This document shows, piece by piece, positions 38,094-48,089 of a DNA stretch of 64,000 bases (within the stretch, counting starts at the first letter, position 1; the number at the start of each line of letters is the position of its first letter). This DNA comes from Trueperaceae bacterium (GTDB lineage Bacteria; Deinococcota; Deinococci; Deinococcales; Trueperaceae): the NCBI GenBank assembly GCA_965214405.1, contig OZ243956.1, positions 1,952,001-2,016,000 on the forward strand. The letters run 5' to 3'. The notes under the pieces were generated by a model, which saw only the letters and a list, made by a program, of their open reading frames with translations, made no database searches and was not told where the DNA came from. The translations under genes were made by a program, and so were the position numbers.

Positions 38094-40796
38094 CTAACGA
38101 ACCGCATAGAGATACCCGTCACAGCATAAGACGAACGCCCGCCCCTCATAAACAGCCGGGGTCGCCTCTTCGACTTTGTTGCCCAGGCGGAGCTTCCACA
38201 ACGTTCGAGGGGTTTTATGATCATTGTTGTCCTCAATATCAAGGCGAAAGCCGTACATATAAGGAGACGCCGTAGACGCGATGATGCCGTGGCCGCCCGC
38301 GATCACAGGTCCCGTCAGGCCGCCGCCAGGATGCTCCCACAAAAACTCACCTGTACGGGCGTCAAAGCAAGAAACCGATGTGTTTAGCGCCACGCCACCC
38401 AAGCCCCGACCCTGTGAGGTGGAGACGAGCAAGCGCTTACCTTTGAGCGCAGGCGTCGCGTTAAAGCCTGTTTTGGCTCGGCTCGTTTCCCAGAGTACGT
38501 CACCCGTCTCGAGGTCGAAACACCGCACCCAGCCGTCCCCCTTGACATCCCCTGGTTGGCTGGTGTCGGTGTGGTTGCCTAAATACATCCGGTTGTCGTG
38601 AACCACCTGCGCGCCCGAGTCGGAGCGGTTGCCGATGTGGTGCTTCCATAAAAGCTTGCCCGAGGTAACGTCCAGCGCGTAAAGGTAGCGGTCCCAACTG
38701 CCGAAAATGACCGTATCCCCATACAAAACAGGTTCCGTACAGGTCGAGCGGCCCGTCCGGTAGCGCCACAAGATAGCGCCCGTGTCGGCGTCCAGACCGT
38801 TGGCGAACCCGTCGATACCCGGCACGAACACCCGCCCGCCCTTTAGGTTGGCCGACCCCCAAACCCAGCCCAAAGCTTGCGTCCACAAGGGCCGTCCCGT
38901 CGCGGCTTCGAGACAGTAAAAGGTGTCGTCCCCGCCCTGTTGCCCAAAAAATAGTTTTCCACCGTCAACAGCAGGTGCTGCTGACACGGCCCCGCTGCTT
39001 TCAAACTTCCAGCGTTCCTCGCCCGTCTTTACGTCAACGGCGTGAACGAACCCCGACGGCGCGCCGATATACGCCAGGCCGTTATCCGCCGTCGCCTTGG
39101 ACTGGTAAAACGCGCCCCCCGCGAGCTGGTCCGTTTGTATGCGGGTCCCGCCCTCGTAAAAGCTTTCGATAAGGTCGCGCTGCCAGAGGCGGTCCCCCGA
39201 CGCACCGAAGCAGTGCAACTTCAGGTCGGCGGAAGAGAGATAGACGTTTTGCCCCGCTCCGGCCAGGTCGGCGTAAACAGGATGGTCGCTTACGCGCTCC
39301 TTCCAGCGCAGTCGCGCTTCCCCGTCGGTTCGAAGGGACACGCTGTAGAGGTAGCCTTTCAGGTCGGCGAATACGAGGCTGTCGCCCAGCAGGACCGGCT
39401 TCGCCCGCACCCAGTCCTCCGCCTCAAAACGCCAGCGCAGCCGCCCCGTGCTCGCCTCGAGACAAAGTATCTCTGAGGAAGCCGCGCCGACATAGAGATG
39501 ACCATCCGCAACGAGGGGGGTAGAAAAGAGCCGCAGGGCTCGAGCCTCGTTACACCCGGTGTCTTTCGTCCACTGAACAGTCCCGCTCGAGGCTTCAAGA
39601 CAGTGAACATAACCGTCGTTACTGCCGAAGTACAGCTTGCCGTCTTTTAAGAGTGGGCTCGAGTTGACCGCCCCGCCGCACTGGTACTGCCAAGCGATAC
39701 GCCGGTCCGAGTTGGCGGGAAAGTCGCCCTCGAGTTGCAAGGCCATCACGACCCCGTCGTCCGTCGTCACAAAGGCCAGGCCGTCACTGACGAGGGGGTC
39801 ACAGAGGATGGTTCCCGTCTGAAACTGCCAGAGGAGCTCGCCGGTGTCAGGGCGGCGGCACGCGAGCTGGTTGAGGGGCGTGGCAATGGCGGGGACTTGC
39901 TCGATTTCATGTTCGCCCGCCGGGTAGACCAGGTAGTCCTGAGAAACCTCCAAAGGCGCGTAGCCCGCGCGGTAGTCTACGTGGCAAGCGGGTAGTTTTT
40001 GGCTCAAGGAGCCGTTTGCCTTGTTGAACTTCAAAATTTTTGGCGCTTCCAGCACACCTCTGTCTTTGTTGCCCCGGCTGCCCATCTGTCTCACCCAGAC
40101 AGCGTCCTGGGTCAGGCGCGGCGTCGAGCTGGCACCGGGCGTGCTGTAAAGCTGACCTGCGGTGAGCGCGGGCTGCATCCGAGAGGTCCAGACGGCTTCG
40201 CCGGTACTACCGTCAAAGCAGTAGAGCGCCACCCGCAACCCTGGTGAGGTCGCGTATACCCTGTCACCTTCGACGACGGGGGCGGAGCGCCAGCCGAGCC
40301 CGACCGGGAAACGCCAGTCGACGCGTCCTTCGGTGGGGCCGAGAGCTTCAGTTGAACCCGTGTGTTGAGGGTTGCCGTGGTACAGGGGCCACGCTTTCCC
40401 GAATTTCACATCGCTACCTGGGGCAGCCGTTAAAGACGTCGTCGCTGTCTTCTCTTTTGAACCCGCCTTCTCTTTTAGATTCTCTTTTTTACGTGGCGAG
40501 CCCTCAAAATCTTGCCAAAGGTCTTCGAGAACCGCGTAAGCATCGTCAATAAGGGTATAAACCTTGACTTCGTCTTCGCCCAACGCTTCAGGATTTTCGG
40601 TCGTGTCCGTGAGCTTGGTCAGGTCGTGATCGAGCTCTAACAAGGCGTCCACCCCAAGCCCCTGCTGCTGCAACGCGCAAACCCAGGTCTTCATGACGAT
40701 GGCTCGCTCGCGGTAGTCCCCTCGCCCCGTCGGCGATGTGGCGACAGCCGCCCGCACCGTGTCGATAAAACCGTCTCCGGAAGGTTTTGGTATCAT
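38094..40796 (-). CDS. tandem PQQ-like beta-propeller protein, paralog 2, cytoplasmic
   Basis: Same repeats and conserved loops as 11466-14087; inserted between SBP and permease; start at 40796 or 40808 uncertain. Confidence 0.85.
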   Translation of the reverse strand: MIPKPSGDGFIDTVRAAVATSPTGRGDYRERAIVMKTWVCALQQQGLGVDALLELDHDLTKLTDTTENPEALGEDEVKVYTLIDDAYAVLEDLWQDFEGSPRKKENLKEKAGSKEKTATTSLTAAPGSDVKFGKAWPLYHGNPQHTGSTEALGPTEGRVDWRFPVGLGWRSAPVVEGDRVYATSPGLRVALYCFDGSTGEAVWTSRMQPALTAGQLYSTPGASSTPRLTQDAVWVRQMGSRGNKDRGVLEAPKILKFNKANGSLSQKLPACHVDYRAGYAPLEVSQDYLVYPAGEHEIEQVPAIATPLNQLACRRPDTGELLWQFQTGTILCDPLVSDGLAFVTTDDGVVMALQLEGDFPANSDRRIAWQYQCGGAVNSSPLLKDGKLYFGSNDGYVHCLEASSGTVQWTKDTGCNEARALRLFSTPLVADGHLYVGAASSEILCLEASTGRLRWRFEAEDWVRAKPVLLGDSLVFADLKGYLYSVSLRTDGEARLRWKERVSDHPVYADLAGAGQNVYLSSADLKLHCFGASGDRLWQRDLIESFYEGGTRIQTDQLAGGAFYQSKATADNGLAYIGAPSGFVHAVDVKTGEERWKFESSGAVSAAPAVDGGKLFFGQQGGDDTFYCLEAATGRPLWTQALGWVWGSANLKGGRVFVPGIDGFANGLDADTGAILWRYRTGRSTCTEPVLYGDTVIFGSWDRYLYALDVTSGKLLWKHHIGNRSDSGAQVVHDNRMYLGNHTDTSQPGDVKGDGWVRCFDLETGDVLWETSRAKTGFNATPALKGKRLLVSTSQGRGLGGVALNTSVSCFDARTGEFLWEHPGGGLTGPVIAGGHGIIASTASPYMYGFRLDIEDNNDHKTPRTLWKLRLGNKVEEATPAVYEGRAFVLCCDGYLYAVR

Positions 40797-40868
40797 TATC
40801 CGCCCCAAACAGCGCGCGGGGGTTGGTAAATGTGCTCACAACCCCTGCCGCGCTTCACGAGCCGAGCC

Positions 40869-42839
40869 TTACTTAAAGAACCAGGTGTCGGCGGCGTAAG
40901 GACGGAAGAAGATCGCGTCCGTCGTAAAGATGCCGGACCTCGGCGTGTTACCCAGCCTGTTGCTGAAGACGACCGGGTAAGGGACGAGACCCACCGTGCC
41001 AATCTGAGAGAGGTTTTCTACATTATAAGTGGCAATTTGCCTTGAAAGCTCCAGGTACTCCTCGCTGCCGATAAGCGTTTGCAACCGCTGCTCGTTCCAA
41101 TCCCAAAGCTCTTTGATCTCCTCAGGAGGCTCGGTACCTTCAGCGCCGTCCTCTTCGAACCACGTTTCCCAGGGGTACATGATACCGACCTGATAAGGCG
41201 GCCTGGACCACTCGCTGTCTGTATAAAGCCTGAGTTCGGTCTGGTTGTCGCCGCCCCAGGTGACAATCGGGAGTTCGTTGGAGGTCCGGCGGGTGAAAAA
41301 GAGGCTGGGCTCGAGCTCTTTGGAGTCGATTTTGACCCCGATGTCGGCCCAGTATTCGGTCACCAGTTCGACGATTTTGGCGACGTCGTCGCCCCAGCGC
41401 CAGTATTCCAGCGGGATGGCGAGGGTTTCGCCGTTGGGGCGCAGGCGGAACTCCTCGTTGGCGTCCCACTCGAGGCCCATCTCGTCAAGCAGCGCGTTGG
41501 CCCCTTCCACGTCGTATTCGGCGTAGTAGTTCTCCATCCAGTCCTCGTGGTAAGACGTGCCAGGGATGGGGGCGACCTGGCGAGGTACGCCCTGACCGAG
41601 AAACACCACTTCGTTAATCTCGTCGCGGTTCAGCGCCAGCGACAGTGCCTGGCGGAAACGGACGTCGCTATAAATGTCGAGCAGCGCCGGGTCACCCTCC
41701 CAGGTCTCGTTAAAGCCGAAAACGAGGAACGAGCCTTTAGAACCGTCGCCCAAAAAGGCCGTGTAGTTCCCGTCCGCCTCGCCCTGCTTGTAAAGCGGGA
41801 AGTCGGTAAGCGCCAAGTCCTTCGAAGCAAAGTCGACGTCACCACCCAGGACGGCCAGTTTTTTGGTGTCGACGTTTTGGATGAGCAGGCGGTGCGCTTC
41901 GTCTACGTAGGGTAGCTGGTTGCCCGCCGTATCGACCTTCCAGTAGTAGGGGTTGCGCTCGAAAAACCTGTTGCCCGCGTTGTCGATGCCCACCCACACC
42001 CAGGGATTGAGCACCGGAAGCTCCATGTTCTCTTGCTCCTGGCCGAGCGAGTTGCGGGTCGAGCGGCTGGTGAACATGTCCGCCCAGTCGGTGTAGCCTC
42101 CAGCCTGCGCGTCCGCCTCAGCGTTTTCGTTGTAGTCGATGTGAAACTGTCTTAGGTAGTGGGCGGGCGCAAAGGGGGCCAGGTAGGCAAAGGGTGTCGC
42201 CAGGGTCGCCGTAATAGTCGGGTTTGGCGACGCAAAGTCCAAGACGACTTCGTAGTCACCGACCTTGGTCAGCTTCAAGGGTTCTCCCCCGGCCAGGTAA
42301 ATCTGAGGAACGGTGGGGGTTAACGCTTCGTTCAGGAGGATGTCTTCGTACCAAAAGACGAAGTCGTCCGCGGTAAAGGGTTCGCCGTCGCTCCACTTCA
42401 TCCCCTCGCGCAGGAAGAGCCTCAGACTCGTGTTGTCTTCGTTGAATTCGGAACCCCTGACGATGCTCGGGATGATGGTCAGGTCGGGTGTAAGACTAAA
42501 GAGCGTTTGGTCCGAAGCGGTCGCCAACTCCCATCCTTCCGTGTCGGGGCCTGTCGCGGGGGCTCGCAAAATACCGCCGTACCGCCCGATTTCGTCCAGG
42601 GGCTCGAGAACCATCGGCTCTTGCCCGACGCGCTCCGTGACCGGGGGCAGCTCGCCCGCCGCCACCCGCTCGGCTAAGGACGGGGCCTCGCCCGCGATGG
42701 TCAGCGCGTCGCCCGTCGCGGCCGCGTACTCGGCGGGCGTCTGGAAAACCTGATAGCTTTCGCCTTGACCCTGCGCGAGCGTGGCAAGCGCGAAGCCGAC
42801 CAACAGAAGTAATGTGTCCACCCTGACTAGTTTTTTCAC
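40869..42839 (-). CDS. family-5 (Opp-type) substrate-binding protein, oligosaccharide-binding subgroup
   Basis: Signal peptide 'TLAQ'; 'EAPSLAERVAAGELPPV.ER', 'GMKWSDGEPFTADD', 'RNPYYWKVD..GNQLPY'; GTG start with AGGAGG. Confidence 0.93.
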   Translation of the reverse strand: MKKLVRVDTLLLLVGFALATLAQGQGESYQVFQTPAEYAAATGDALTIAGEAPSLAERVAAGELPPVTERVGQEPMVLEPLDEIGRYGGILRAPATGPDTEGWELATASDQTLFSLTPDLTIIPSIVRGSEFNEDNTSLRLFLREGMKWSDGEPFTADDFVFWYEDILLNEALTPTVPQIYLAGGEPLKLTKVGDYEVVLDFASPNPTITATLATPFAYLAPFAPAHYLRQFHIDYNENAEADAQAGGYTDWADMFTSRSTRNSLGQEQENMELPVLNPWVWVGIDNAGNRFFERNPYYWKVDTAGNQLPYVDEAHRLLIQNVDTKKLAVLGGDVDFASKDLALTDFPLYKQGEADGNYTAFLGDGSKGSFLVFGFNETWEGDPALLDIYSDVRFRQALSLALNRDEINEVVFLGQGVPRQVAPIPGTSYHEDWMENYYAEYDVEGANALLDEMGLEWDANEEFRLRPNGETLAIPLEYWRWGDDVAKIVELVTEYWADIGVKIDSKELEPSLFFTRRTSNELPIVTWGGDNQTELRLYTDSEWSRPPYQVGIMYPWETWFEEDGAEGTEPPEEIKELWDWNEQRLQTLIGSEEYLELSRQIATYNVENLSQIGTVGLVPYPVVFSNRLGNTPRSGIFTTDAIFFRPYAADTWFFK

Positions 42840-42869
42840 CTATGCACCTCCTAATGCTTTTCTAATATT

Positions 42870-42891
42870 TTTGCTGAATCGATCTACCAAT
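42870..42891. promoter_or_regulatory. LacI-type operator O3
   Basis: TTTGCTGAATCGATCTACCAAT in the SBP leader. Confidence 0.75.
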
Positions 42892-42957
42892 CCATCGACT
42901 AAAAGTAGAGTTAGCGGCCAAACGCGTATGCTTCTCCAAATTTTTACTTACGCAGTC

Positions 42958-42987
42958 ATATTAATCTCTCTAAAGGTTATTTGTCAA
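42958..42987 (-). promoter_or_regulatory. promoter of SBP-propeller-permease operon
   Basis: TTGACA-18 bp-TAATAT on the minus strand. Confidence 0.65.
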
Positions 42988-43069
42988 CAAGGACGGTCGA
43001 ACAATTTGTTTGGTGGGCCTCGGCGGTCTAGATCGGCCCCAAGGCTTTCAGGCCAGCCAACAGCCTTCC

Positions 43070-43098
43070 TTGACAAAAAACTCGAGAATAACTATGAT
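43070..43098 (+). promoter_or_regulatory. promoter of the LacI-led catabolic operon
   Basis: TTGACA-17 bp-TATGAT. Confidence 0.75.
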
Positions 43099-43099
43099 T

Positions 43100-43121
43100 T
43101 CAGTTAAACCGATCTACTAAA
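43100..43121. promoter_or_regulatory. LacI-type operator O4 (autoregulatory)
   Basis: TCAGTTAAACCGATCTACTAAA immediately after the -10 box. Confidence 0.7.
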
Positions 43122-43153
43122 GAAGTGAGGTTTAGGTGGTACCATCCGTGCAT

Positions 43154-44176
43154 ATGGATCAAATAAAGAAGCAGTCGCGGGTCACCCTTCAGGACGTCGC
43201 CAAGGACGCCGAAGTGTCCAGATCGACGGCCTCTCTCGTCCTCAACGACAGCGACCGCATTCCCGAAGGGACCAAGCGGCGGGTGCGGGCCTCCATCGAA
43301 AAACTCGGCTACATCTATAACCATAAGGCCGCCAGCCTGCGCACGCAGCGCTCGCAGACGGTCGGGGTTATCGTCACCGACTTGAGCAATCCCTTTTACG
43401 CCGAGCTGATCCGCGGCATCAACCGCGGGCTCCAGGCGAACGGGTACGCGGCCCTCCTGGGCGATTCCGACGACCTCCTGGCGACCCAAAACGCCATCAC
43501 CATGAAGATGCTCGAGCGGATGGTCGACGGCCTCATCATCGTCCCCGCCGAGGGCACGTCGGCCGAAAACCTGCGAACCCTCGTCGCGGGCACCCCCACC
43601 GTCACAGTCGCCCGCTACGTTTCGGGTGCCGACCTCGACTACGTCGGCATCGACAACGAACTGGGCGCGAGGCGGGCGGTCGAGCGGCTCGTCGAGAAGG
43701 GTCACGAGCGCATCGCTTTTATAGGGGGCTCGCTCAGCTCGTCCGCGCGGCGCGACCGGCTTAAGGGGTACAAGAGTATTCTGGAGGGTCGCGGGCTGGT
43801 TGTCGACGACGCCCTGACGGTCACGAGTCCTGTCACGCGTCAAGGGGGGTTCGACGCCGTCCAGCCCCTGCTCGAGCTGCCCACACCCCCGACGGCGGCG
43901 CTCTGTTACAACGACGTCGTGGCCTTTGGCGTCATGCTCGGGCTGCGCAAGCGGGGAGTGGAGCCGGGTCGAGACTTTGCGGTGATCGGCTTTGACGACG
44001 TGGCGGAGACGGCGCTGTGGTCGCCCCCCCTCGCCACCGTCGCGCCGAACCAGCCGATGGGCGAAGCCGCGGCGCGGCTGATCTTAGAGCGCATCGACAA
44101 GCCCACGGACGAAACGCGCCAGGTCATCATGCCCTCCACCCTGATTTTAAGAGAGTCGGCCGGTCTACGTGGCTAG
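43154..44176 (+). CDS. LacI-family transcriptional regulator
   Basis: 'TLQDVAKDAEVSRSTASLVL', 'LSNPFYAEL', 'GHERIAFIGG', 'YNDVVAFG', 'IGFDD'; start 43136 or 43154. Confidence 0.95.
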   Translation: MDQIKKQSRVTLQDVAKDAEVSRSTASLVLNDSDRIPEGTKRRVRASIEKLGYIYNHKAASLRTQRSQTVGVIVTDLSNPFYAELIRGINRGLQANGYAALLGDSDDLLATQNAITMKMLERMVDGLIIVPAEGTSAENLRTLVAGTPTVTVARYVSGADLDYVGIDNELGARRAVERLVEKGHERIAFIGGSLSSSARRDRLKGYKSILEGRGLVVDDALTVTSPVTRQGGFDAVQPLLELPTPPTAALCYNDVVAFGVMLGLRKRGVEPGRDFAVIGFDDVAETALWSPPLATVAPNQPMGEAAARLILERIDKPTDETRQVIMPSTLILRESAGLRG

Positions 44177-44230
44177 ACCGGCACGGACTCCTCGCCCACG
44201 GCGTAACCCGCACATGAGACTGGAGACACC

Positions 44231-45808
44231 ATGAAACCTGTGAAGAGTCCGGCCGAAGCCGCCGCCCTCATCCCCGACGGGGCCACCCTGTCGATTAGCT
44301 CCTCGAGCGGTCTCGGTTGCCCCGACGCCGTGCTCAAGGCCATCGGCGAGCGCTTCGAGGAACAGGGGCTGCCGCGCGGGCTCACCGTCATAAGCCCAAT
44401 CGCAGCCGGTGACATGTACGGCATCAAGGGCGTCGACCACCTCGCGCAACGGGGACTGCTCAAACGCATCATCGCGGGGTCTTACCCGAGCGGCCCCTCC
44501 TCGATGCCCTCGCCCAGAATCTGGGAGATGATCTACGCAGACGAGGTCGAGGCGTACAACATCCCCAGCGGCATCTTGTTCCACCTGCACCGCGAGCTCT
44601 CGGCCAAGCGCCCCGGGCTGCTGACCCACGTGGGCATGGACACCTATTTAGACCCCTGCCAGCACGGCGGGCGCATGAACGGCGTCACGCCCGACGGCGT
44701 CGTGCGGCGGGTCGAGTTCGAGGGCCAGACCTGGCTCTTTTTCCCCGTCATCCCGGTGGACGTCGCCATCATCAGGGGCACCAGCGCCGACGAAGACGGC
44801 AACCTTTCGATGGAGCACGAGGGGGCCTATCTCGGTGCCTATGACCAGGCGCTCGCAGCGCACAATAGCGGCGGCGTGGTCATTGCGCAGGTTAAACGGG
44901 TAGTAGAAAAAGGCTCGCTCAACCCACAGATGGTGCGCGTACCCGGCATCCTGGTCGACTACGTCACCGTCGACCCCGAGCAGATGCAAACGACCCAGAC
45001 GAGCTTCGACCCCGCCATCAGCGGCGCGATAAAAAGACCGGCGGGAAGTTTTGAAGACGTCCCCTGGAGCGTCGACAAGATGATCGCGCGGCGGGCGGCG
45101 CAGGAACTAAAAAGGGGCGAGGCCGTGAACTTGGGCTTCGGGATTTCGGCCCTGGTGCCGCGCATCCTCTTAGAAGCGGGCGAGGCGGACGCGGTCACCT
45201 GGGCGATAGAGCAGGGGGCGGTGGGGGGCGTGCCGCTGCTCGGCTTTCAGTTCGGTTGCGCCGCCAACGCCGCCGCCATCGTGCCCTCGCCCGACCAGTT
45301 CAGCTATTTTCAGGGCGGTGGTTTTGACAGAACCATGCTGTCCTTTATGCAAGTGGACAAAGTGGGCAACGTCAACGTCTCGAGGCTCAACGCCAAACCC
45401 CACGTCACCGCCGGGGTGGGCGGCTTCGTCGACATCACCGCGCACGCCAAGCGCATCGTCTTTAGCGGTTACTTTACGGCGGGCGGGCTCAAGCTGAGCT
45501 TAGAAGACGGCGGGTTGAAAATCTTAAAAGAGGGCAAGGTGAGCAAGTTCGTCGGCGAGGTCGAGCACGTCACCTTCAGCGGCAAGCGGGCGCTCGAGGG
45601 GGGGCAAGAAGTCGTTTACATCACCGAACGCTGCGTTATCAAACTTCTGCCCGAAGGATTGACGGTGACGGAAGTCGCACCCGGCGTGAGCCTGGAAAAA
45701 GACATCCTGGCAAGAGCCGAATTTGAACTTAAAGTAAGCCCGAACCTGAAAGTGATGGATGAACGCCTATTCATCGAAAGCAGCGACGGTCTGCTTTTCC
45801 AGGCATAG
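44231..45808 (+). CDS. acyl-CoA:acetate/3-ketoacid CoA transferase (fused alpha/beta, YdiF/Pct-like)
   Basis: 'DVAIIRGTSADEDGN', 'VNLGFGI', catalytic Glu in 'IEQG', 'GNVNVS', 'GGFVDI', 'YITERCV'. Confidence 0.9.
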   Translation: MKPVKSPAEAAALIPDGATLSISSSSGLGCPDAVLKAIGERFEEQGLPRGLTVISPIAAGDMYGIKGVDHLAQRGLLKRIIAGSYPSGPSSMPSPRIWEMIYADEVEAYNIPSGILFHLHRELSAKRPGLLTHVGMDTYLDPCQHGGRMNGVTPDGVVRRVEFEGQTWLFFPVIPVDVAIIRGTSADEDGNLSMEHEGAYLGAYDQALAAHNSGGVVIAQVKRVVEKGSLNPQMVRVPGILVDYVTVDPEQMQTTQTSFDPAISGAIKRPAGSFEDVPWSVDKMIARRAAQELKRGEAVNLGFGISALVPRILLEAGEADAVTWAIEQGAVGGVPLLGFQFGCAANAAAIVPSPDQFSYFQGGGFDRTMLSFMQVDKVGNVNVSRLNAKPHVTAGVGGFVDITAHAKRIVFSGYFTAGGLKLSLEDGGLKILKEGKVSKFVGEVEHVTFSGKRALEGGQEVVYITERCVIKLLPEGLTVTEVAPGVSLEKDILARAEFELKVSPNLKVMDERLFIESSDGLLFQA

Positions 45809-45810
45809 CG

Positions 45811-48048
45811 TTGAGTCTTTTCGTTCACCTCAGCCCGCGCGAGGGAAAACTGGCAAGCGCGATTTTTGAGCGCCTCTTCCCTACTGACGATGTACCAGGT
45901 GCCACCGAGATAGGTGTTGCCGACTACCTCGACAGAGCGCTGGGCGGCGCTTACAGGTCTGAACGCGAAACGTACCGGCTTGGTTTAGCGGCTCTCGACA
46001 GAGCGGCGCGCAACTTAAAAGGGAACGGCTTTGCCGAGTGCGGCGATGAGGGTCAGGACGACCTACTCACTGGGCTCGAGCACGGCACCCTACCAGACTT
46101 TCACTCACCCGACCAACTTGAGTTCTTCGAGCTGCTACGCGCTCATTTGCAAGAGGGTTTGTTCGCCGACCCCGCCTACGGCGGCAACCGGGACAAGTTG
46201 GGCTGGCAGGTACTCGGGCACCCCGGCGTCTACTTAGAGAACAGCGCCGAGGAGAACCTGAGCGACGCGCCTGTTACCAAGGGGGGCAAGATTCAGTCGT
46301 TGGGGGACGTCATGCCCACGCTACAGGAGGGGATGACACCCGTGCCCGGCTACGACCCCCAACTCGGTAGCCGCGCACCCGAGGGGGAAGCGGACGTGGT
46401 CATCGTGGGCATGGGCGCGGTGGGCGGCCTCATCGCGCCCGTTCTGGCCGGGGCGGGGCTCAAAGTGGTGGGGCTCGAGGCGGGGCCGTACCGCAGCAAG
46501 CGAGACTTTTTACCCGACGAACTGGGGCACAGCTATTACGCCCGCGCAAGCATGGGACCGAAGTTCTTGCAGGAAATCCCGCAGTGGCGGCGGAGCGGAG
46601 ACGAACCTACACGGGAAGCAACCTTCTCGCTTGGCAAGATGATGAACAGCGTCGGGGGGTCGGTCATCCACTACGGCGCGTGGCTGCGGCGCTTTCACCC
46701 GCATCATTTCATGTCCCTGAGCCGGGTGCGCGAACGCTGGGGTGAGGACGTTTTACCTTCGGGCTGCACCCTCGCCGACTGGCCTGTGACCTACGCCGAC
46801 TTGGAACCCTATTACGATAGGCTCGAGCGCACCATAGGCGTCGCCGGTCCCGACGAGACGCCCTATATACCGCGCAGAGGGCCGCACCCCATGCCGCCCC
46901 TGAGAGACTTCAGGCTGGGTCAAGCTTTCAGCGCCGCCGCCCGCGAGCTGGGCCTGCACCCCTACCCCGTGCCCGCCGGGATGAACAGCGTGCCCTACGG
47001 CGGACGCCCCGCCACGACCTACACCGCCTGGAGCAACGGCTTCGGGTCTTATAACGACGCCAAGTGGCACCCCGGCCTCAGCTCGGTGCCGGAGGCGCTG
47101 GCGACGGGCCGTTTGCAGCTAAAGACGCACTGCCGCGTCCTGAACGTCCTCACCGACAGCGAGGGTCACGCGTGCGGCGTGACGTACCTCGACGCCAACG
47201 GTAAAGAGCGGGTGCAGAGGGCGCGTCGCGTTATCTTGTCGAGCTACACCTTTGAAAACGTCCGGCTGATGCTCCTGTCGGGTAGCACCAGGCATCCCGA
47301 CGGTTTGGGTCATACAAACGGTCAGCTCGGCAAACACTTCATGACAAAAATGTTCGCCCACGTCGATGGCTTTTGCCCCGACCAGATTTTCAACCGGCAC
47401 ACCGGACCCGCCGCGCAGGGCGTTATTGTGGACGACTACCTAGCTGAGGGCTTCGATTCCGTTGAGCACGGCTTTATCGGCGGCGCGACCCTGGGCGCTG
47501 AGCAGCAGTTTTTGCCCTTGCAGATAAGCCGTGAAGCCCTACCCGACGACGTACCGCGCTGGGGCAAAGGCTACAAAGACCATCTGAGGCAGTGGCAACG
47601 CTTCGGCGTGGTGCGTATTCAACCCGATACCCTGCCTTATGAACACAACTACCTCGACCTCGACCCTGTGCGTAAGGACACGTCGGGGCTCGGCTTGCCC
47701 GTCGTCCGCATCACCTACGACATGCAGGCGAATGAGTCTAACCTTGCAGATTGGATGGAGGGTAAAGCTGAGGAGATTTTAAGACACATGGGGGCGACGA
47801 AGACCTGGCGTGGCCCGCGCTTCACGGGCGTGGGCAGCAGTCACGACCTCGGCGGCTGCCGCGCGGGAGACGACCCCGGCCTCAACGTGTTAGGCCGCGA
47901 TTTGCAGGTACACGACACCCCCGGGCTTTACGTTTTCGGCGGCGCAGCCTTCGCGTCTTGTCCCGGCATCAACCCGACCCTGACCATCTGGGCCATGTGC
48001 TTACGCGCGGCTGAACGGCTGGTGCAGACGGCCAAGGAGACCCTATGA
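45811..48048 (+). CDS. GMC oxidoreductase fused to an N-terminal gluconate-2-dehydrogenase subunit-3-like domain
   Basis: N-term 'PGATEIGVADYLDRAL...EGLFADPAYGGN..LGW..LG.PG'; then 'VVIVGMGAVGG', 'VGGSVIHY', 'SHDLGGCR', 'NPTLT'. Confidence 0.88.
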   Translation: MSLFVHLSPREGKLASAIFERLFPTDDVPGATEIGVADYLDRALGGAYRSERETYRLGLAALDRAARNLKGNGFAECGDEGQDDLLTGLEHGTLPDFHSPDQLEFFELLRAHLQEGLFADPAYGGNRDKLGWQVLGHPGVYLENSAEENLSDAPVTKGGKIQSLGDVMPTLQEGMTPVPGYDPQLGSRAPEGEADVVIVGMGAVGGLIAPVLAGAGLKVVGLEAGPYRSKRDFLPDELGHSYYARASMGPKFLQEIPQWRRSGDEPTREATFSLGKMMNSVGGSVIHYGAWLRRFHPHHFMSLSRVRERWGEDVLPSGCTLADWPVTYADLEPYYDRLERTIGVAGPDETPYIPRRGPHPMPPLRDFRLGQAFSAAARELGLHPYPVPAGMNSVPYGGRPATTYTAWSNGFGSYNDAKWHPGLSSVPEALATGRLQLKTHCRVLNVLTDSEGHACGVTYLDANGKERVQRARRVILSSYTFENVRLMLLSGSTRHPDGLGHTNGQLGKHFMTKMFAHVDGFCPDQIFNRHTGPAAQGVIVDDYLAEGFDSVEHGFIGGATLGAEQQFLPLQISREALPDDVPRWGKGYKDHLRQWQRFGVVRIQPDTLPYEHNYLDLDPVRKDTSGLGLPVVRITYDMQANESNLADWMEGKAEEILRHMGATKTWRGPRFTGVGSSHDLGGCRAGDDPGLNVLGRDLQVHDTPGLYVFGGAAFASCPGINPTLTIWAMCLRAAERLVQTAKETL

Positions 48049-48089
48049 AGGAAACCGTATGAGGGAGACTGTATGAGGAAGGCTGTGTG
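48034..48089 (+). repeat. 4 x 14-bp RBS+start-codon tandem repeat
   Basis: AAGGAGACCCTATG / AAGGAAACCGTATG / AGGGAGACTGTATG / AGGAAGGCTGTGTG. Confidence 0.88.

Noticed and set aside
43025..43040. Fifth LacI operator (TAGATCG half-site)
   Set aside because: Only one half matches the consensus
43100..43843. 247-aa antisense ORF over lacI, and similar long shadow ORFs (e.g. 382-1257, 15752-16561, 41079-41915)
   Set aside because: Expected in high-GC coding DNA; no recognisable motifs or RBS
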